Below are positions 1-9,032 of a stretch of DNA of 64,000 bases, in pieces (the first letter of the stretch is position 1; each line of letters starts with the position of its first letter). This DNA is from Escherichia phage Lw1. Position numbers and translations under genes: made by a program. The notes under the pieces were generated by a model. It worked only from the letters and a program-made list of their open reading frames with translations, searched no databases and had not been told where the DNA came from. The stretch lies in sequence record KC801932. One strand, 5' to 3'.

Positions 1-432
1 CGCAAAATGCCTGATGACCTGGGTATTGCAATCATGAACATCGCTCACGGTTTGGCCCGTCGATACAACTTCAACCGTTATTCCGAAGATTGGAAAATGG
101 ATATGATCGATGATGGTATTTCCGCTACGATTTCCGGTTTACACAACTTTGATGAAACCAAATATACAAACGTTTATGGGTATATCAATAAGGCTTGTTG
201 GCAAGCGTTTGTAACCCGCATTCTCTACGAAAAGAAAGAGAACGCGAAGAAATACAAATACTTCCTGGAACACGTTTACGATAGTGACGATGCTGATATG
301 ACTTCGATAGCTGATGAAACTTTCATTCAGGATATTCATGATAAATTAAATCAGTATGAAGAGTCCGCGAAAAAACCGAAGGATAAAATCGAGGTTGTGG
401 ACGAATCGCCAACTTTGGAAATGTTTCTATGA
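1..432 (+). CDS. 55: Late-transcription sigma factor gp55, C-terminal part (gene begins upstream of window)
   Basis: Frame open from nt 1; translation closely matches remembered T4 gp55 (GLAIM.IA.GL, HNFDETKY, DETFIQDI, YEES, VDDSP). Confidence 0.85.
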   Translation, partial: RKMPDDLGIAIMNIAHGLARRYNFNRYSEDWKMDMIDDGISATISGLHNFDETKYTNVYGYINKACWQAFVTRILYEKKENAKKYKYFLEHVYDSDDADMTSIADETFIQDIHDKLNQYEESAKKPKDKIEVVDESPTLEMFL

Positions 433-656
433 AAATTAAAATTGACCTGAACAAAATTTTAGCAGACGCTGAAAACGAAATTGATCTGCTTCCGTACCTC
501 GTGAAATTAGAGTTGCAGAACGTAGGGGTTCCGGTTATTATCGACCCTACTGATGTACGAGATCCAGACTTTGCTATAGAAAGCGGACGACTGGACTATG
601 TAATAAATGCCGAAACAATGATCATGGAGATCACTTACTATGACCGAGCAGCATGA
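429..656 (+). CDS. Hypothetical protein (75 aa)
   Basis: ORF with ATGA overlap to gp55 stop; no recognised motif. Confidence 0.35.
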   Translation: MKIKIDLNKILADAENEIDLLPYLVKLELQNVGVPVIIDPTDVRDPDFAIESGRLDYVINAETMIMEITYYDRAA

Positions 657-987
657 AGTAATCGACGAAGTAGTACACGACAAAACAGCCACAGAACTTC
701 GTGAAGAAGAACTGGAATCCCTGAAAGGTACGCGTGTTGAACAGGAAGCGCTAAGCAAAGCACAGAAGTATATGCGAAAGAACCGCGCTGAATGGAAACG
801 ACTTCACAAACACGCAGAAAATGCCCTGTTCGATGGTAACAAAGCACAGTATGTGTACGCTATCAAAAAGATGCGTGATATGCTTAAACAGCCATACAAC
901 GATGAACTGATTGAAACGATGTGGATCACTTCAAATCAACAGCTTAAAGATCTATTCGTAATGGCTTCCGAAAAATACGGCAAATAA
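640..987 (+). CDS. Hypothetical protein (115 aa), charged/coiled
   Basis: ATG-initiated ORF between 55 and 47; position where T4 carries a-gt, but no glycosyltransferase features. Confidence 0.4.
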   Translation: MTEQHEVIDEVVHDKTATELREEELESLKGTRVEQEALSKAQKYMRKNRAEWKRLHKHAENALFDGNKAQYVYAIKKMRDMLKQPYNDELIETMWITSNQQLKDLFVMASEKYGK

Positions 988-1004
988 ACCCCTTCGGGGG
1001 TTTT
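987..1004 (+). terminator. GC hairpin plus T-run (aaccccTTCGggggtttt)
   Basis: Perfect short stem followed by TTTT immediately upstream of gp47 RBS. Confidence 0.45.
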
Positions 1005-1013
1005 GAGGTATAT

Positions 1014-2033
1014 ATGAATTATGTGTTAATTGGCGATACACATGCAGGACTTCGCCAGGATAACCCCTGGAACGAAGATAACCTGTATGAAGTATTCAAA
1101 CAGATAGTAGCGTATTGCAAAGAACATGGGATCACTCGCGGTTTCCATGCGGGTGATTTCTTTGATGTTCGAAAAGCAACCACACAGACAACGATGAATT
1201 TCGTTCGTGAAAAGCTGGTTCCTCTTCTGACTGAGGCTGGGATCGTTATCGATACTTTGGTTGGCAACCACGATTGCCAATTTAAAGACAAAATCCGGCC
1301 CAACGCGCCGCGCGAGATACTCAGTCAGTATGAATGCTTTAATGTCATCGACGAACCGACCACAGTCGATTTAGGCGGTGGAAAATCGATTGACCTGATC
1401 CCGTGGATTTGTCAGGAAAACAGTCATAGGATTTTCGAGTTTATCAAACAGTCAAAATCAAATTTCTGTCTGGGACACTTCGAACTTTCTGGTTACTATT
1501 TCTACAAAAACAGTAAAGCGGATCACGGGCTTGAACCGGACTTCTTGAAAAAGTATGAACGCGTTTACTCTGGACACTATCACCATGCAAACGAAGGTGA
1601 TAACGTGTTTTACATCGGTACACCGCTTACTATGAGCGCCAACGATGAAGACGAAACACGCGGGTTTTATGTGTTCACTGGTAAACCTGAACTCACTTTC
1701 ATTGCAAACCCAGTGTGCCACCATCGCCGGATTATGTACCCGTCACAGAAAGATGTTGATCTGGAAGAGTACCGCAATTGTTCTGTGCGTCTGATCGTGA
1801 GTGAAGTTGACAACGGCCTTGCGAAGTTCCAGACGAAGATCGAAGAAATCGCATACGAAATCAGCATCATAGATAAAATTCAGACTGATGCAACCGTAGA
1901 TACTGACTTTGAGATCAAAACCGTCCGTGGGCTAATCAGCGAATATGTTGCTAATATGCAAATAAGCGACGACGAAAAAGAAGATGTTAACAAGCTGATA
2001 AGTGAACTTTACGCGGAGGTGTCAAGTGCATAA
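1014..2033 (+). CDS. 47: Recombination endonuclease subunit gp47 (Mre11/SbcD-like)
   Basis: 339 aa like T4 gp47; phosphoesterase motifs (IGDTHAG, GDFFD, GNHD, GHFELSG, SGHYH). Confidence 0.9.
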   Translation: MNYVLIGDTHAGLRQDNPWNEDNLYEVFKQIVAYCKEHGITRGFHAGDFFDVRKATTQTTMNFVREKLVPLLTEAGIVIDTLVGNHDCQFKDKIRPNAPREILSQYECFNVIDEPTTVDLGGGKSIDLIPWICQENSHRIFEFIKQSKSNFCLGHFELSGYYFYKNSKADHGLEPDFLKKYERVYSGHYHHANEGDNVFYIGTPLTMSANDEDETRGFYVFTGKPELTFIANPVCHHRRIMYPSQKDVDLEEYRNCSVRLIVSEVDNGLAKFQTKIEEIAYEISIIDKIQTDATVDTDFEIKTVRGLISEYVANMQISDDEKEDVNKLISELYAEVSSA

Positions 2034-2301
2034 ACGATATGAAAAATATTTTGGGGAAACCCCATTGTATTTGCCACTGCTTACGATGTTCGGTATTGAC
2101 CATATTGTAAGCGAAAGCGATGATAGTGTATGTTTGACGTTCGTTAAAGGGAACTGGCATTCTTCAAGAACGTTTTCTATCCTGATGCTTGATGCGTTAG
2201 ACGATGATACATTGTCATATGCTCTTGAGGTCGAACTCGTTAATATGGTTGCAGAACTTAGTGAAGGTATTTTAAGTGAAACTAAACTTCAAAAAAATTA
2301 A
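2026..2301 (+). CDS. Hypothetical small protein (approx 91 aa) between 47 and 46
   Basis: ORF bridging 47 stop and 46 start; likely GTG start at 2026 preceded by GGAGG; start uncertain. Confidence 0.3.
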   Translation: MHKRYEKYFGETPLYLPLLTMFGIDHIVSESDDSVCLTFVKGNWHSSRTFSILMLDALDDDTLSYALEVELVNMVAELSEGILSETKLQKN

Positions 2302-3967
2302 GTATCAGAATATTCTGTCGGTAGGGAATACCCCGATCGAACTTGAATTCGATACTGCAAAGAAAACCCTGATCACGGGTAAAAATGGTGGTGGTAAATC
2401 CACACTGATCGAAGCGTTGACGTATGCTCTTTTTGGTAAGTCATTTCGTGATTTAAAAGTCGGGCAACTGGTAAACAGTGTCAACAAAAAGAAATGTCTG
2501 GTTGAACTGGATATTGAATACGGGAAAGATTCGTACAAAGTCGTTCGCGGACAAAAGCCGAAAGTATTCGAGATCTGGAAAAACGGTGATAAGTTAGCAG
2601 AAGATTCAGCAGCGGGTGATTATCAATCTCAGCTTGAATCCATGCTCAATATTAACCTGGTTGGATTCAAACAGGTAATCGTTTTGGGTACTGCTGGCTA
2701 TACTCCATTCATGGAACTGAAAACACCGGATCGCCGTAAACTGGTTGAAGACCTGTTGTCGCTATCGGTTATCAGTGAAATGGATAAGCTGAACAAATCA
2801 TATGTCCGTGGTGTTAATCAGCAGTTGGATACCCTGTCAATGCAGGTTAACCACATCCAGCAGCAGATCGCTACACACCAGCGCTTCATTGATGAACAGC
2901 GAGCTAAAGCGAACCAGAACAACGCACGATACAAAGAGATCTACGATAGCCACGTTGAAACCGCTAAGAATATCAAAGCACAGCTTATGCAGTTGCAAGC
3001 GGAGATCGCAGAAACGGTGATCACTGGCGCAGACCGAACGGAAGATATAAACAAACTCCGTGATGGATATACGCGCCTCTCTATGACTGTAGAACAGTTT
3101 AAAAAGCTGGAAGTGATGTATCAGAAAGGTGGTGAGTGTCCGGCCTGTAAACAGGCGATTACGCCCACTCCTGAACGCATGGAAGAGATCGCAAACAACA
3201 TCAAAGCGGGTACGCAACGATTAACGCTGATCAAAACCAAACAGGACGAGTTGCAAGGCATTATGAACGAGTTGCTTCAACAGCAACGCGCACTGAATGC
3301 TATGAAAACGAAATACGAAGCCCTGAAAGGTACGCTGCAAAATGAAGTTGCCAACGCTAAACGCGCACAAGCGATCATGGAACAGGCAAGCGCGGAAGTT
3401 GTTATTGATGAAGAACCTGTTAAGCAGTTGCAACAACAGGAAGCAGATCTGAACGATAAACGTCAAGGATATGTGAAAGAAAAATATATCCGTGGTATCG
3501 TTACAGATATGTTAAAAGATTCGGGTGTAAAAGCCAGCATCGTAAAACGTTATATCCCGTACTTCAACAAGCAGATCGCATACTATCTGGATCTGTTGGG
3601 CGCTGACTACCAGTTCACGTTAGATGATGAATTCAACGAATCAATCAAATCACTGGGGCGCGATGATTTTAGTTACGCATCATTTAGCCAGGGTGAACGC
3701 GCACGAATCAACTTATCGATTCTGTTTACATGGCGCGACGTAACAAGCAAAGTTTCCGGCGTGGACCTGTCTCTTCTGATTATGGACGAAGTTTTCGATA
3801 ACGCTCTTGATAAAGAAGGTGCGTTTGCTGTAGGGGCTGTTCTGAATGGTATTGATGGTAATATCATGGTGATTAGCCACAACGATTTAGACCCTGGTGA
3901 TTTCGATCGTCATATCGTCATGGCTAAATTGGGGCGCTTCTCGAAGATGGAAATCAAGAAGTCTTAA
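2276..3967 (+). CDS. 46: Recombination endonuclease subunit gp46 (Rad50/SbcC-like ATPase)
   Basis: 563 aa; Walker A GKNGGGKST; coiled-coil middle with CPACK zinc hook; N-terminus matches remembered T4 gp46; GTG start. Confidence 0.9.
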   Translation: MKLNFKKIKYQNILSVGNTPIELEFDTAKKTLITGKNGGGKSTLIEALTYALFGKSFRDLKVGQLVNSVNKKKCLVELDIEYGKDSYKVVRGQKPKVFEIWKNGDKLAEDSAAGDYQSQLESMLNINLVGFKQVIVLGTAGYTPFMELKTPDRRKLVEDLLSLSVISEMDKLNKSYVRGVNQQLDTLSMQVNHIQQQIATHQRFIDEQRAKANQNNARYKEIYDSHVETAKNIKAQLMQLQAEIAETVITGADRTEDINKLRDGYTRLSMTVEQFKKLEVMYQKGGECPACKQAITPTPERMEEIANNIKAGTQRLTLIKTKQDELQGIMNELLQQQRALNAMKTKYEALKGTLQNEVANAKRAQAIMEQASAEVVIDEEPVKQLQQQEADLNDKRQGYVKEKYIRGIVTDMLKDSGVKASIVKRYIPYFNKQIAYYLDLLGADYQFTLDDEFNESIKSLGRDDFSYASFSQGERARINLSILFTWRDVTSKVSGVDLSLLIMDEVFDNALDKEGAFAVGAVLNGIDGNIMVISHNDLDPGDFDRHIVMAKLGRFSKMEIKKS

Positions 3968-4664
3968 ACTTACAGTTGTCAAAATGCCATCGTTTCATAT
4001 TGGTGGCATCACCAACTTTAGCGCAATGGGGGCAAGTTAATTGCTCCCTTTTCTTTTGTATTTTTCTGTCTGGGTTCTTGGTACAATATGGAATATGACT
4101 GTTCAAGTAATGCACTGTCGATTCTGTACCACAATGAGGACAAGAACCGCGCTCCGATACTACGTTTCTGTTTTTATGTGCTCGCATGACTCCTGCAAAT
4201 GCATTCACTTTCCCTTCATTGCCTGGCTTGTTCTTGCAGTTGTCGAAGTGCCAGCGGTTCATATTACCTACTAAGCCGGACGTATTGCAATGAGGACACG
4301 TAACCCTGTTCTGTTGAAGTTTGGCCTGTCTCATGCGTAAGCGTGTCTCTTCGCTGAACTCTTTTTGTTTCTGGGCTTCAAGTGCTTTTTCTTTTAACCA
4401 TCCATAGCGGCGGTTTGCTGTACGCGCAGACGATCGAGAAGTGCCGACTGTAAGCATGTTAGCAGCATAAATTAGTTTATGGTTGCCTGGATACATCTTA
4501 ACCAATAGCAGATGTGCTATGAAATGTTGACGTGCTGACAGTTCAACCAGATTTTCGGGATCGTCCGATCCTCCCATACATTTTGGAACGATGTGGTGTT
4601 TCTCTTTGTACTCTGCATCCGTTCCGGCAGTCATGAGTTGTTCGTAAATCTTATGATAATTCAT
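3954..4664 (-). CDS. Free-standing HNH homing endonuclease (Mob-like)
   Basis: HHIVPKCMGGSDDPENLVELSARQHFIAH HNH motif; C-terminal repeated CPHC/HFDNC zinc-binding modules; overlaps gp46 3' end on opposite strand. Confidence 0.8.
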   Translation of the reverse strand: MNYHKIYEQLMTAGTDAEYKEKHHIVPKCMGGSDDPENLVELSARQHFIAHLLLVKMYPGNHKLIYAANMLTVGTSRSSARTANRRYGWLKEKALEAQKQKEFSEETRLRMRQAKLQQNRVTCPHCNTSGLVGNMNRWHFDNCKNKPGNEGKVNAFAGVMRAHKNRNVVSERGSCPHCGTESTVHYLNSHIPYCTKNPDRKIQKKREQLTCPHCAKVGDATNMKRWHFDNCKFKTS

Positions 4665-4712
4665 GATGATAAACCCTGTTTGATAGTCCGTTAGATACCC
4701 CTATTTAGGAAC

Positions 4713-4910
4713 ATGATTATGTTAGAACGAGAATTTGAATTGATGACCTCTCCAGAAGCGGAGAGGTTTTATCTTCATAACGAACTGTTGGAAGAAAAAC
4801 ACGTTGTCACTATGGAAGATGTCAAAGAAGCCTTTAAAGACAATCAGTTAGAGCTAACGCGAATACTGAATAATAAATCGTCTATGTGGTTTCTCGAAAA
4901 AATCTATTGA
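4713..4910 (+). CDS. Hypothetical protein (65 aa)
   Basis: Small acidic ORF; followed by hairpin at 4937. Confidence 0.3.
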   Translation: MIMLEREFELMTSPEAERFYLHNELLEEKHVVTMEDVKEAFKDNQLELTRILNNKSSMWFLEKIY

Positions 4911-4936
4911 CATCAGAACATAAATACCTTAAAGTT

Positions 4937-4969
4937 GCCCGTGTACTGAGTTGCACGGGCTTTTATTTT
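4937..4969 (+). terminator. Hairpin plus T-run (gcccgtgtactgagttgcacgggc ttttatttt)
   Basis: Inverted repeat followed by T-rich tract, immediately upstream of RBS GAGGAA and ATG 4982. Confidence 0.45.
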
Positions 4970-4981
4970 GAGGAACGGAAA

Positions 4982-6679
4982 ATGATTAACGAAAAAATGA
5001 CACACCGCGAAGCGTTGGAAATCTTAGGGGCCACGGGTACTGAATCCAAAGCTGAAATGTCCAAACTCTTCAAACGTGCTTCTCTGCGTAATCACCCCGA
5101 TCGTGGTGGTAGCACAGAACTCATGCAAAAAATTAACCAGGCATATGACGTAGTAACGAGAACAAACAGTTCTGGTGAAACTATGATGGATATGCGAGCG
5201 CGTCACGCAGCGAATAAAAAAGCGTGGGAAGAAAAACTGGATGCGTATTTTGTTGTTGCTAAGAACTATTTCAGCACGAAATTTAACGCACAGGAATTCG
5301 CTGAATACTTCACCAAATACACCGGACAGCCGACGACCTTCACACAGGAAGTCAAGAAAGATACAATTTCCGTATCTGCTGTGTTCCGTTTCACTTCTGG
5401 TGATGCTCACTTTGATTTCGCTTTCTACTGCAAGCCAGAAGAAGGTAAAGGTTTGATGTCTCCTGATGCAAGCGCATTGGGTAGTGTTTCTGTCAATACT
5501 CTGGTACTGGTTGGAACCAAAAAACATAAAATGGCAAGCCGTGAATATCAATGGGGCAAAAACCCAGATAAGATCACACCGGAAAGCCTGTTCCCGTCCA
5601 AGAAACTTGCATCAATTTTCAGCCCGACACAAAAGAACCTCAAGTTCAAACGTGCTGACTATATGACTTCTTTCCGCAAGCACTTAGACGCAGAAATCAG
5701 CGGCAATGATATCTATGTTCCTGTAGGCGACCTGAAAGTTCGTTTCTATCGTCATGTAATGATGCGTAAAGGTGCGTATGTGTTTAGTGCGGTATACGAC
5801 CCAGCGGTAAGTAAATTCCGTTCTGCTGCAAACCTTCGCGGAACTATGTTCGAAGACGAAGACGGCGCATGTTTGGATATGATTATCGACACTTTCAAAG
5901 AAATGCAGAAAGCAAAACCGAACGTTAACGGTATTGTCAGTATCATTGACAAGATGAACGCAGAATTCGCAGCGGGACACCGTTCAGCATCTTTCGTCAA
6001 ACGTATGGCACAGCAAGCAGCAGCACCGAAGCCGGAAGAAAAGCCGAAACGCACTGTTAACCGTATCAGCAAAGATGATTATTTCAACGCATTGAAACAA
6101 GCGGGTGCAACATTCCGTAGCAACTACGGTGAGTTTGATAACGGCGCTGGATTGACTTTCCACTTCAAGCGCGAGATCAGCAACCGTAAAGGCTTCTGGA
6201 GTTTCAGCAGTTTTAATTTCATGCACTCCGGTCAACGTCATGTTGAATGGTTGAAAGATATCGACATTGACGAAGACAGCAAAGGTGCAAGTATCGGTCT
6301 GATGGTTGATACTCTGAAACAGTTGCGTGGTGTTGCTGATTGGTATACTGCAAGAAAGATCCTGGAAGCGATGCGCGATAACTTCAAAGCTGGTAAGTTC
6401 TCCGCACCACACGTTAAGAAAGAAGCCGAACAGAAACGCACTGAGGCGCAAGCTAAGGACGAGTTAGGCGCACAGCCTACCAAACCCCATGAAGCGAAGA
6501 AAGAAGCCCCAGCAGTTGATAAGGCTCACGAGGCGCAAATGGCGAAAGAGAAAGCACAGATGAATGCAACTATTCGTTCTATGCTCTCCGCTCTGGTTAA
6601 AGCTGGACGCAAAGACACGCCGGAAGAAATTAAAAAAGCAGTTGATGAAGCAATCGCTCTTTGGCGCTTGAAACACTAA
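4982..6679 (+). CDS. J-domain (DnaJ-like) protein, 565 aa, with Lys/Glu/Ala-rich C-terminal tail
   Basis: N-terminal J domain with HPD motif (LRNHPDRGGS...INQAYDVV); start placed at ATG 4982 with GAGGAA RBS rather than the upstream GTG of the ORF track. Confidence 0.7.
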   Translation: MINEKMTHREALEILGATGTESKAEMSKLFKRASLRNHPDRGGSTELMQKINQAYDVVTRTNSSGETMMDMRARHAANKKAWEEKLDAYFVVAKNYFSTKFNAQEFAEYFTKYTGQPTTFTQEVKKDTISVSAVFRFTSGDAHFDFAFYCKPEEGKGLMSPDASALGSVSVNTLVLVGTKKHKMASREYQWGKNPDKITPESLFPSKKLASIFSPTQKNLKFKRADYMTSFRKHLDAEISGNDIYVPVGDLKVRFYRHVMMRKGAYVFSAVYDPAVSKFRSAANLRGTMFEDEDGACLDMIIDTFKEMQKAKPNVNGIVSIIDKMNAEFAAGHRSASFVKRMAQQAAAPKPEEKPKRTVNRISKDDYFNALKQAGATFRSNYGEFDNGAGLTFHFKREISNRKGFWSFSSFNFMHSGQRHVEWLKDIDIDEDSKGASIGLMVDTLKQLRGVADWYTARKILEAMRDNFKAGKFSAPHVKKEAEQKRTEAQAKDELGAQPTKPHEAKKEAPAVDKAHEAQMAKEKAQMNATIRSMLSALVKAGRKDTPEEIKKAVDEAIALWRLKH

Positions 6680-6739
6680 CTGATTGTGTTATACTGGGAA
6701 CTGTTGAAAAGCAGTTCCCTTTTTTATGAGGAAAATACT

Positions 6740-7066
6740 ATGAGTTGTCCAACATGGGCGCATTTTGAAAATTTGAAAGAAGGTACGCAGAAACGCGTGT
6801 ATATCAATTTGGGTTGGATTCCACCAACTGATTTTGAATTAGCCGTAATAATGGTTAATGCCAGCAAAGAGATCAGCGAAACTTTCGAATGGGAAAGACT
6901 TACTTTGCCTGTTCATCCAGGGTTCTTTATGGCCCGTGAAAAGTTCGAAGAAATGAAACGAGCGGTAGAATGTATCAATGGGTTGACTACGCCATCTTTA
7001 CGTATGCACTACCGGAACCTATTCACCCTGAAAAAAGCATGGGAAATCGCGGAGGTTGAATTATGA
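6740..7066 (+). CDS. Hypothetical protein
   Basis: ORF with GAGGAA RBS before ATG 6740; no recognised motif. Confidence 0.35.
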   Translation: MSCPTWAHFENLKEGTQKRVYINLGWIPPTDFELAVIMVNASKEISETFEWERLTLPVHPGFFMAREKFEEMKRAVECINGLTTPSLRMHYRNLFTLKKAWEIAEVEL

Positions 7067-7344
7067 TTATTCAGGTATCCGTACAGGGTAATACTCTGAC
7101 CGTAACCTATTCAATTATGACCGCTATGGCTGCATGTCGTGATCATGTGTTGACAAAGCCGCCTGTGACTGAAATTCTGGAAATTGATATATGGAACGGT
7201 GGTGTAATTTGTGGATCTTATGGATTTACACCACTGGAAGAAAATTTAAACACAATGGAAGAATGGTTATATGGGAAATTGTACACCAATGAAACTACCA
7301 AAGCATACGACGCTGTTAACTCGCGAAAAACTACATTCTGTTGA
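7063..7344 (+). CDS. Hypothetical protein (93 aa)
   Basis: ATGA-coupled ORF upstream of frd. Confidence 0.3.
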   Translation: MIIQVSVQGNTLTVTYSIMTAMAACRDHVLTKPPVTEILEIDIWNGGVICGSYGFTPLEENLNTMEEWLYGKLYTNETTKAYDAVNSRKTTFC

Positions 7345-7546
7345 ATGGAGTCCGTTAGACGTGATGATCTTTGATATCGAATCACGGATCATTAATGCTC
7401 GTATGAACGGATTAGGAATCTTTTCTGTTGAATTCGAAAAGATTCGCGGTTATAATGCTGACTGTAAAAACAAGTTGCGCGTCATGGTGGAAGCAATGGG
7501 CTACATCGTGGATATTGAAGACAATAAAATGTGGATCGGATTATGA
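7271..7546 (+). CDS. Hypothetical protein, start uncertain
   Basis: ORF overlapping previous one in another frame; ends with ATGA overlap into frd. Confidence 0.25.
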   Translation: MGNCTPMKLPKHTTLLTREKLHSVEWSPLDVMIFDIESRIINARMNGLGIFSVEFEKIRGYNADCKNKLRVMVEAMGYIVDIEDNKMWIGL

Positions 7547-8124
7547 GCAAAGTAAAAGCAGTTTTCGCAGTCGGTAATGACGCATACGAAGAAGATTTTG
7601 CGTTTGGCTACCAGCAGGGTTTACCGTGGGGGCATTGCAAAGAAGATTTGCAGAAATTCAAAGCAGAAACTGCAAATAGCGTCCTGATCATGGGTGCGAA
7701 CACTTTTACTTCTCTGCCTGGTAAATTGTCAGGGCGAGTACATTGCGTTATGTCTGCATCCGGTCAACGTCTGGTAACGAAGAACGGAAATACCGCTGAT
7801 TACATCATCCACTGTGGCGGGTTGTCTGCTGCAATCGACGTGATGAAAGCAACGCATCCAGATAGTGATGTGTGTATCATTGGTGGTAAGGGGTTGCTTC
7901 TGGAAGCAATCAATAATACACTGGTTGATGAATTAGTCATAACTCACGTTTATGGACATCGTGTGTATAATGCACCAGCGTTTAAACGTGATGTCTCGTT
8001 TAGCGTCAAAGAATTCTATGATGCAGTCTTGAAGTATGGATATTGTGATTTTGAAACTATCCATATTCACGACAACGAACGCGTTGCAAAACTTGTGATC
8101 GACCGACATACGAAAAAGGCATGA
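7543..8124 (+). CDS. frd: Dihydrofolate reductase
   Basis: 193 aa; DHFR-like motifs (VFAVG, LPW, IMGANTF, IIGG); gene order frd-td as in T4. Confidence 0.88.
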   Translation: MSKVKAVFAVGNDAYEEDFAFGYQQGLPWGHCKEDLQKFKAETANSVLIMGANTFTSLPGKLSGRVHCVMSASGQRLVTKNGNTADYIIHCGGLSAAIDVMKATHPDSDVCIIGGKGLLLEAINNTLVDELVITHVYGHRVYNAPAFKRDVSFSVKEFYDAVLKYGYCDFETIHIHDNERVAKLVIDRHTKKA

Positions 8125-8125
8125 A

Positions 8126-8992
8126 ATGAAACAGTATCTTGATATTATAAACACAGTTCTAACACACGGTGTAGAATCAACGGATCGTACTGGTGTTGGT
8201 ACACTTCGCATCTTCGGAATGCAAACCCGTTGGAACCTCGCAGAAGGTTTCCCAGCAACAACCAGCAAACAACTATTCTTCAAACCGTGTAAGCATGAAT
8301 TGCAATGGTTCCTGTCCGGTTCTACTAACGTTGATGAACTACGTGAAATGACCTGGGGAATAGGAAGCGATAAACGCACTATTTGGGACGATAACTACGA
8401 AAATCAGGCTAAAGCACTGGGATACTCTCATGGTTATCTGGGGCCAATCTACGGCTACCAGTGGCGTTCGTTTGGTGGCAATGGTGAATTCGATGGTAAT
8501 TTCCCTGGTGTTGACCAGATCGCTCGAATCATCAAAGAACTGAAAGAGAAACCAGACGATCGCGGGATCATCGTTTCCGCATGGAATCCGGTTGATCTTG
8601 ATGCAATGGCTTTGCGTCCGTGTCACTGTTTCTTCCAGTTCGTCGTAATCAACGGTAAACTGTCTCTACAGTGGTATCAGCGTTCGGTTGATGTCTTCTT
8701 AGGGTTGCCGTTCAATATAGCCTCATACGCTCTCCTGACGCATATTATCGCTGATATTTGCGGGTATGAAGTAGGCGATCTGGTTTGGACTGGTGGTGAT
8801 GTTCATATCTACAAAAATGCAATTGAACAAGCGAAAGAACTATTGAAGCCGGAACGCACACCGTTACCGCTTCCGACTCTGGTAATGCCGAAGGTAAATA
8901 GCTTACTTGATTTGGATCAAGAATTCTTTGACTCCATCCATTTGAAAGACTATAATCACCACGGCTCGCTAAAAGCAGCTATGGCAGTATAA
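8126..8992 (+). CDS. td: Thymidylate synthase, uninterrupted
   Basis: 288 aa; conserved ThyA blocks (DRTGVGT, IVSAWNP, LRPCHCFFQF, QRSVDVFLGLPFNIASYALLTHI); single continuous ORF. Confidence 0.93.
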   Translation: MKQYLDIINTVLTHGVESTDRTGVGTLRIFGMQTRWNLAEGFPATTSKQLFFKPCKHELQWFLSGSTNVDELREMTWGIGSDKRTIWDDNYENQAKALGYSHGYLGPIYGYQWRSFGGNGEFDGNFPGVDQIARIIKELKEKPDDRGIIVSAWNPVDLDAMALRPCHCFFQFVVINGKLSLQWYQRSVDVFLGLPFNIASYALLTHIIADICGYEVGDLVWTGGDVHIYKNAIEQAKELLKPERTPLPLPTLVMPKVNSLLDLDQEFFDSIHLKDYNHHGSLKAAMAV

Positions 8993-8997
8993 ACAAA

Positions 8998-9018
8998 AGG
9001 GGCTACGGCCCCTTTCTT
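8998..9018 (+). terminator. GC hairpin after td (aggggc tac ggcccct)
   Basis: Perfect stem-loop followed by T-rich sequence. Confidence 0.45.
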
Positions 9019-9032
9019 AACAAGGTAAGATA

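Noticed and set aside
4907-4935. TTGACA and CATAAATA motifs as a possible early or T4-late (TATAAATA) promoter
   Set aside because: Spacing between the hexamers is wrong for sigma70, and the late-like octamer is imperfect and sits ahead of an early-type gene. Not reported as a feature.
4886-4981. Upstream extension of the J-domain ORF (track start 4886)
   Set aside because: The track start is a GTG within a terminator-like hairpin and T-run. A strong GAGGAA RBS precedes ATG 4982 and the J domain begins right there.
5024-6676. Minus-strand ORFs (5024-5551, 5684-6072, 5984-6451, 6464-6676) inside the J-domain gene
   Set aside because: They are antisense shadow ORFs within a well-supported long coding region, with no RBS and low-complexity translations.
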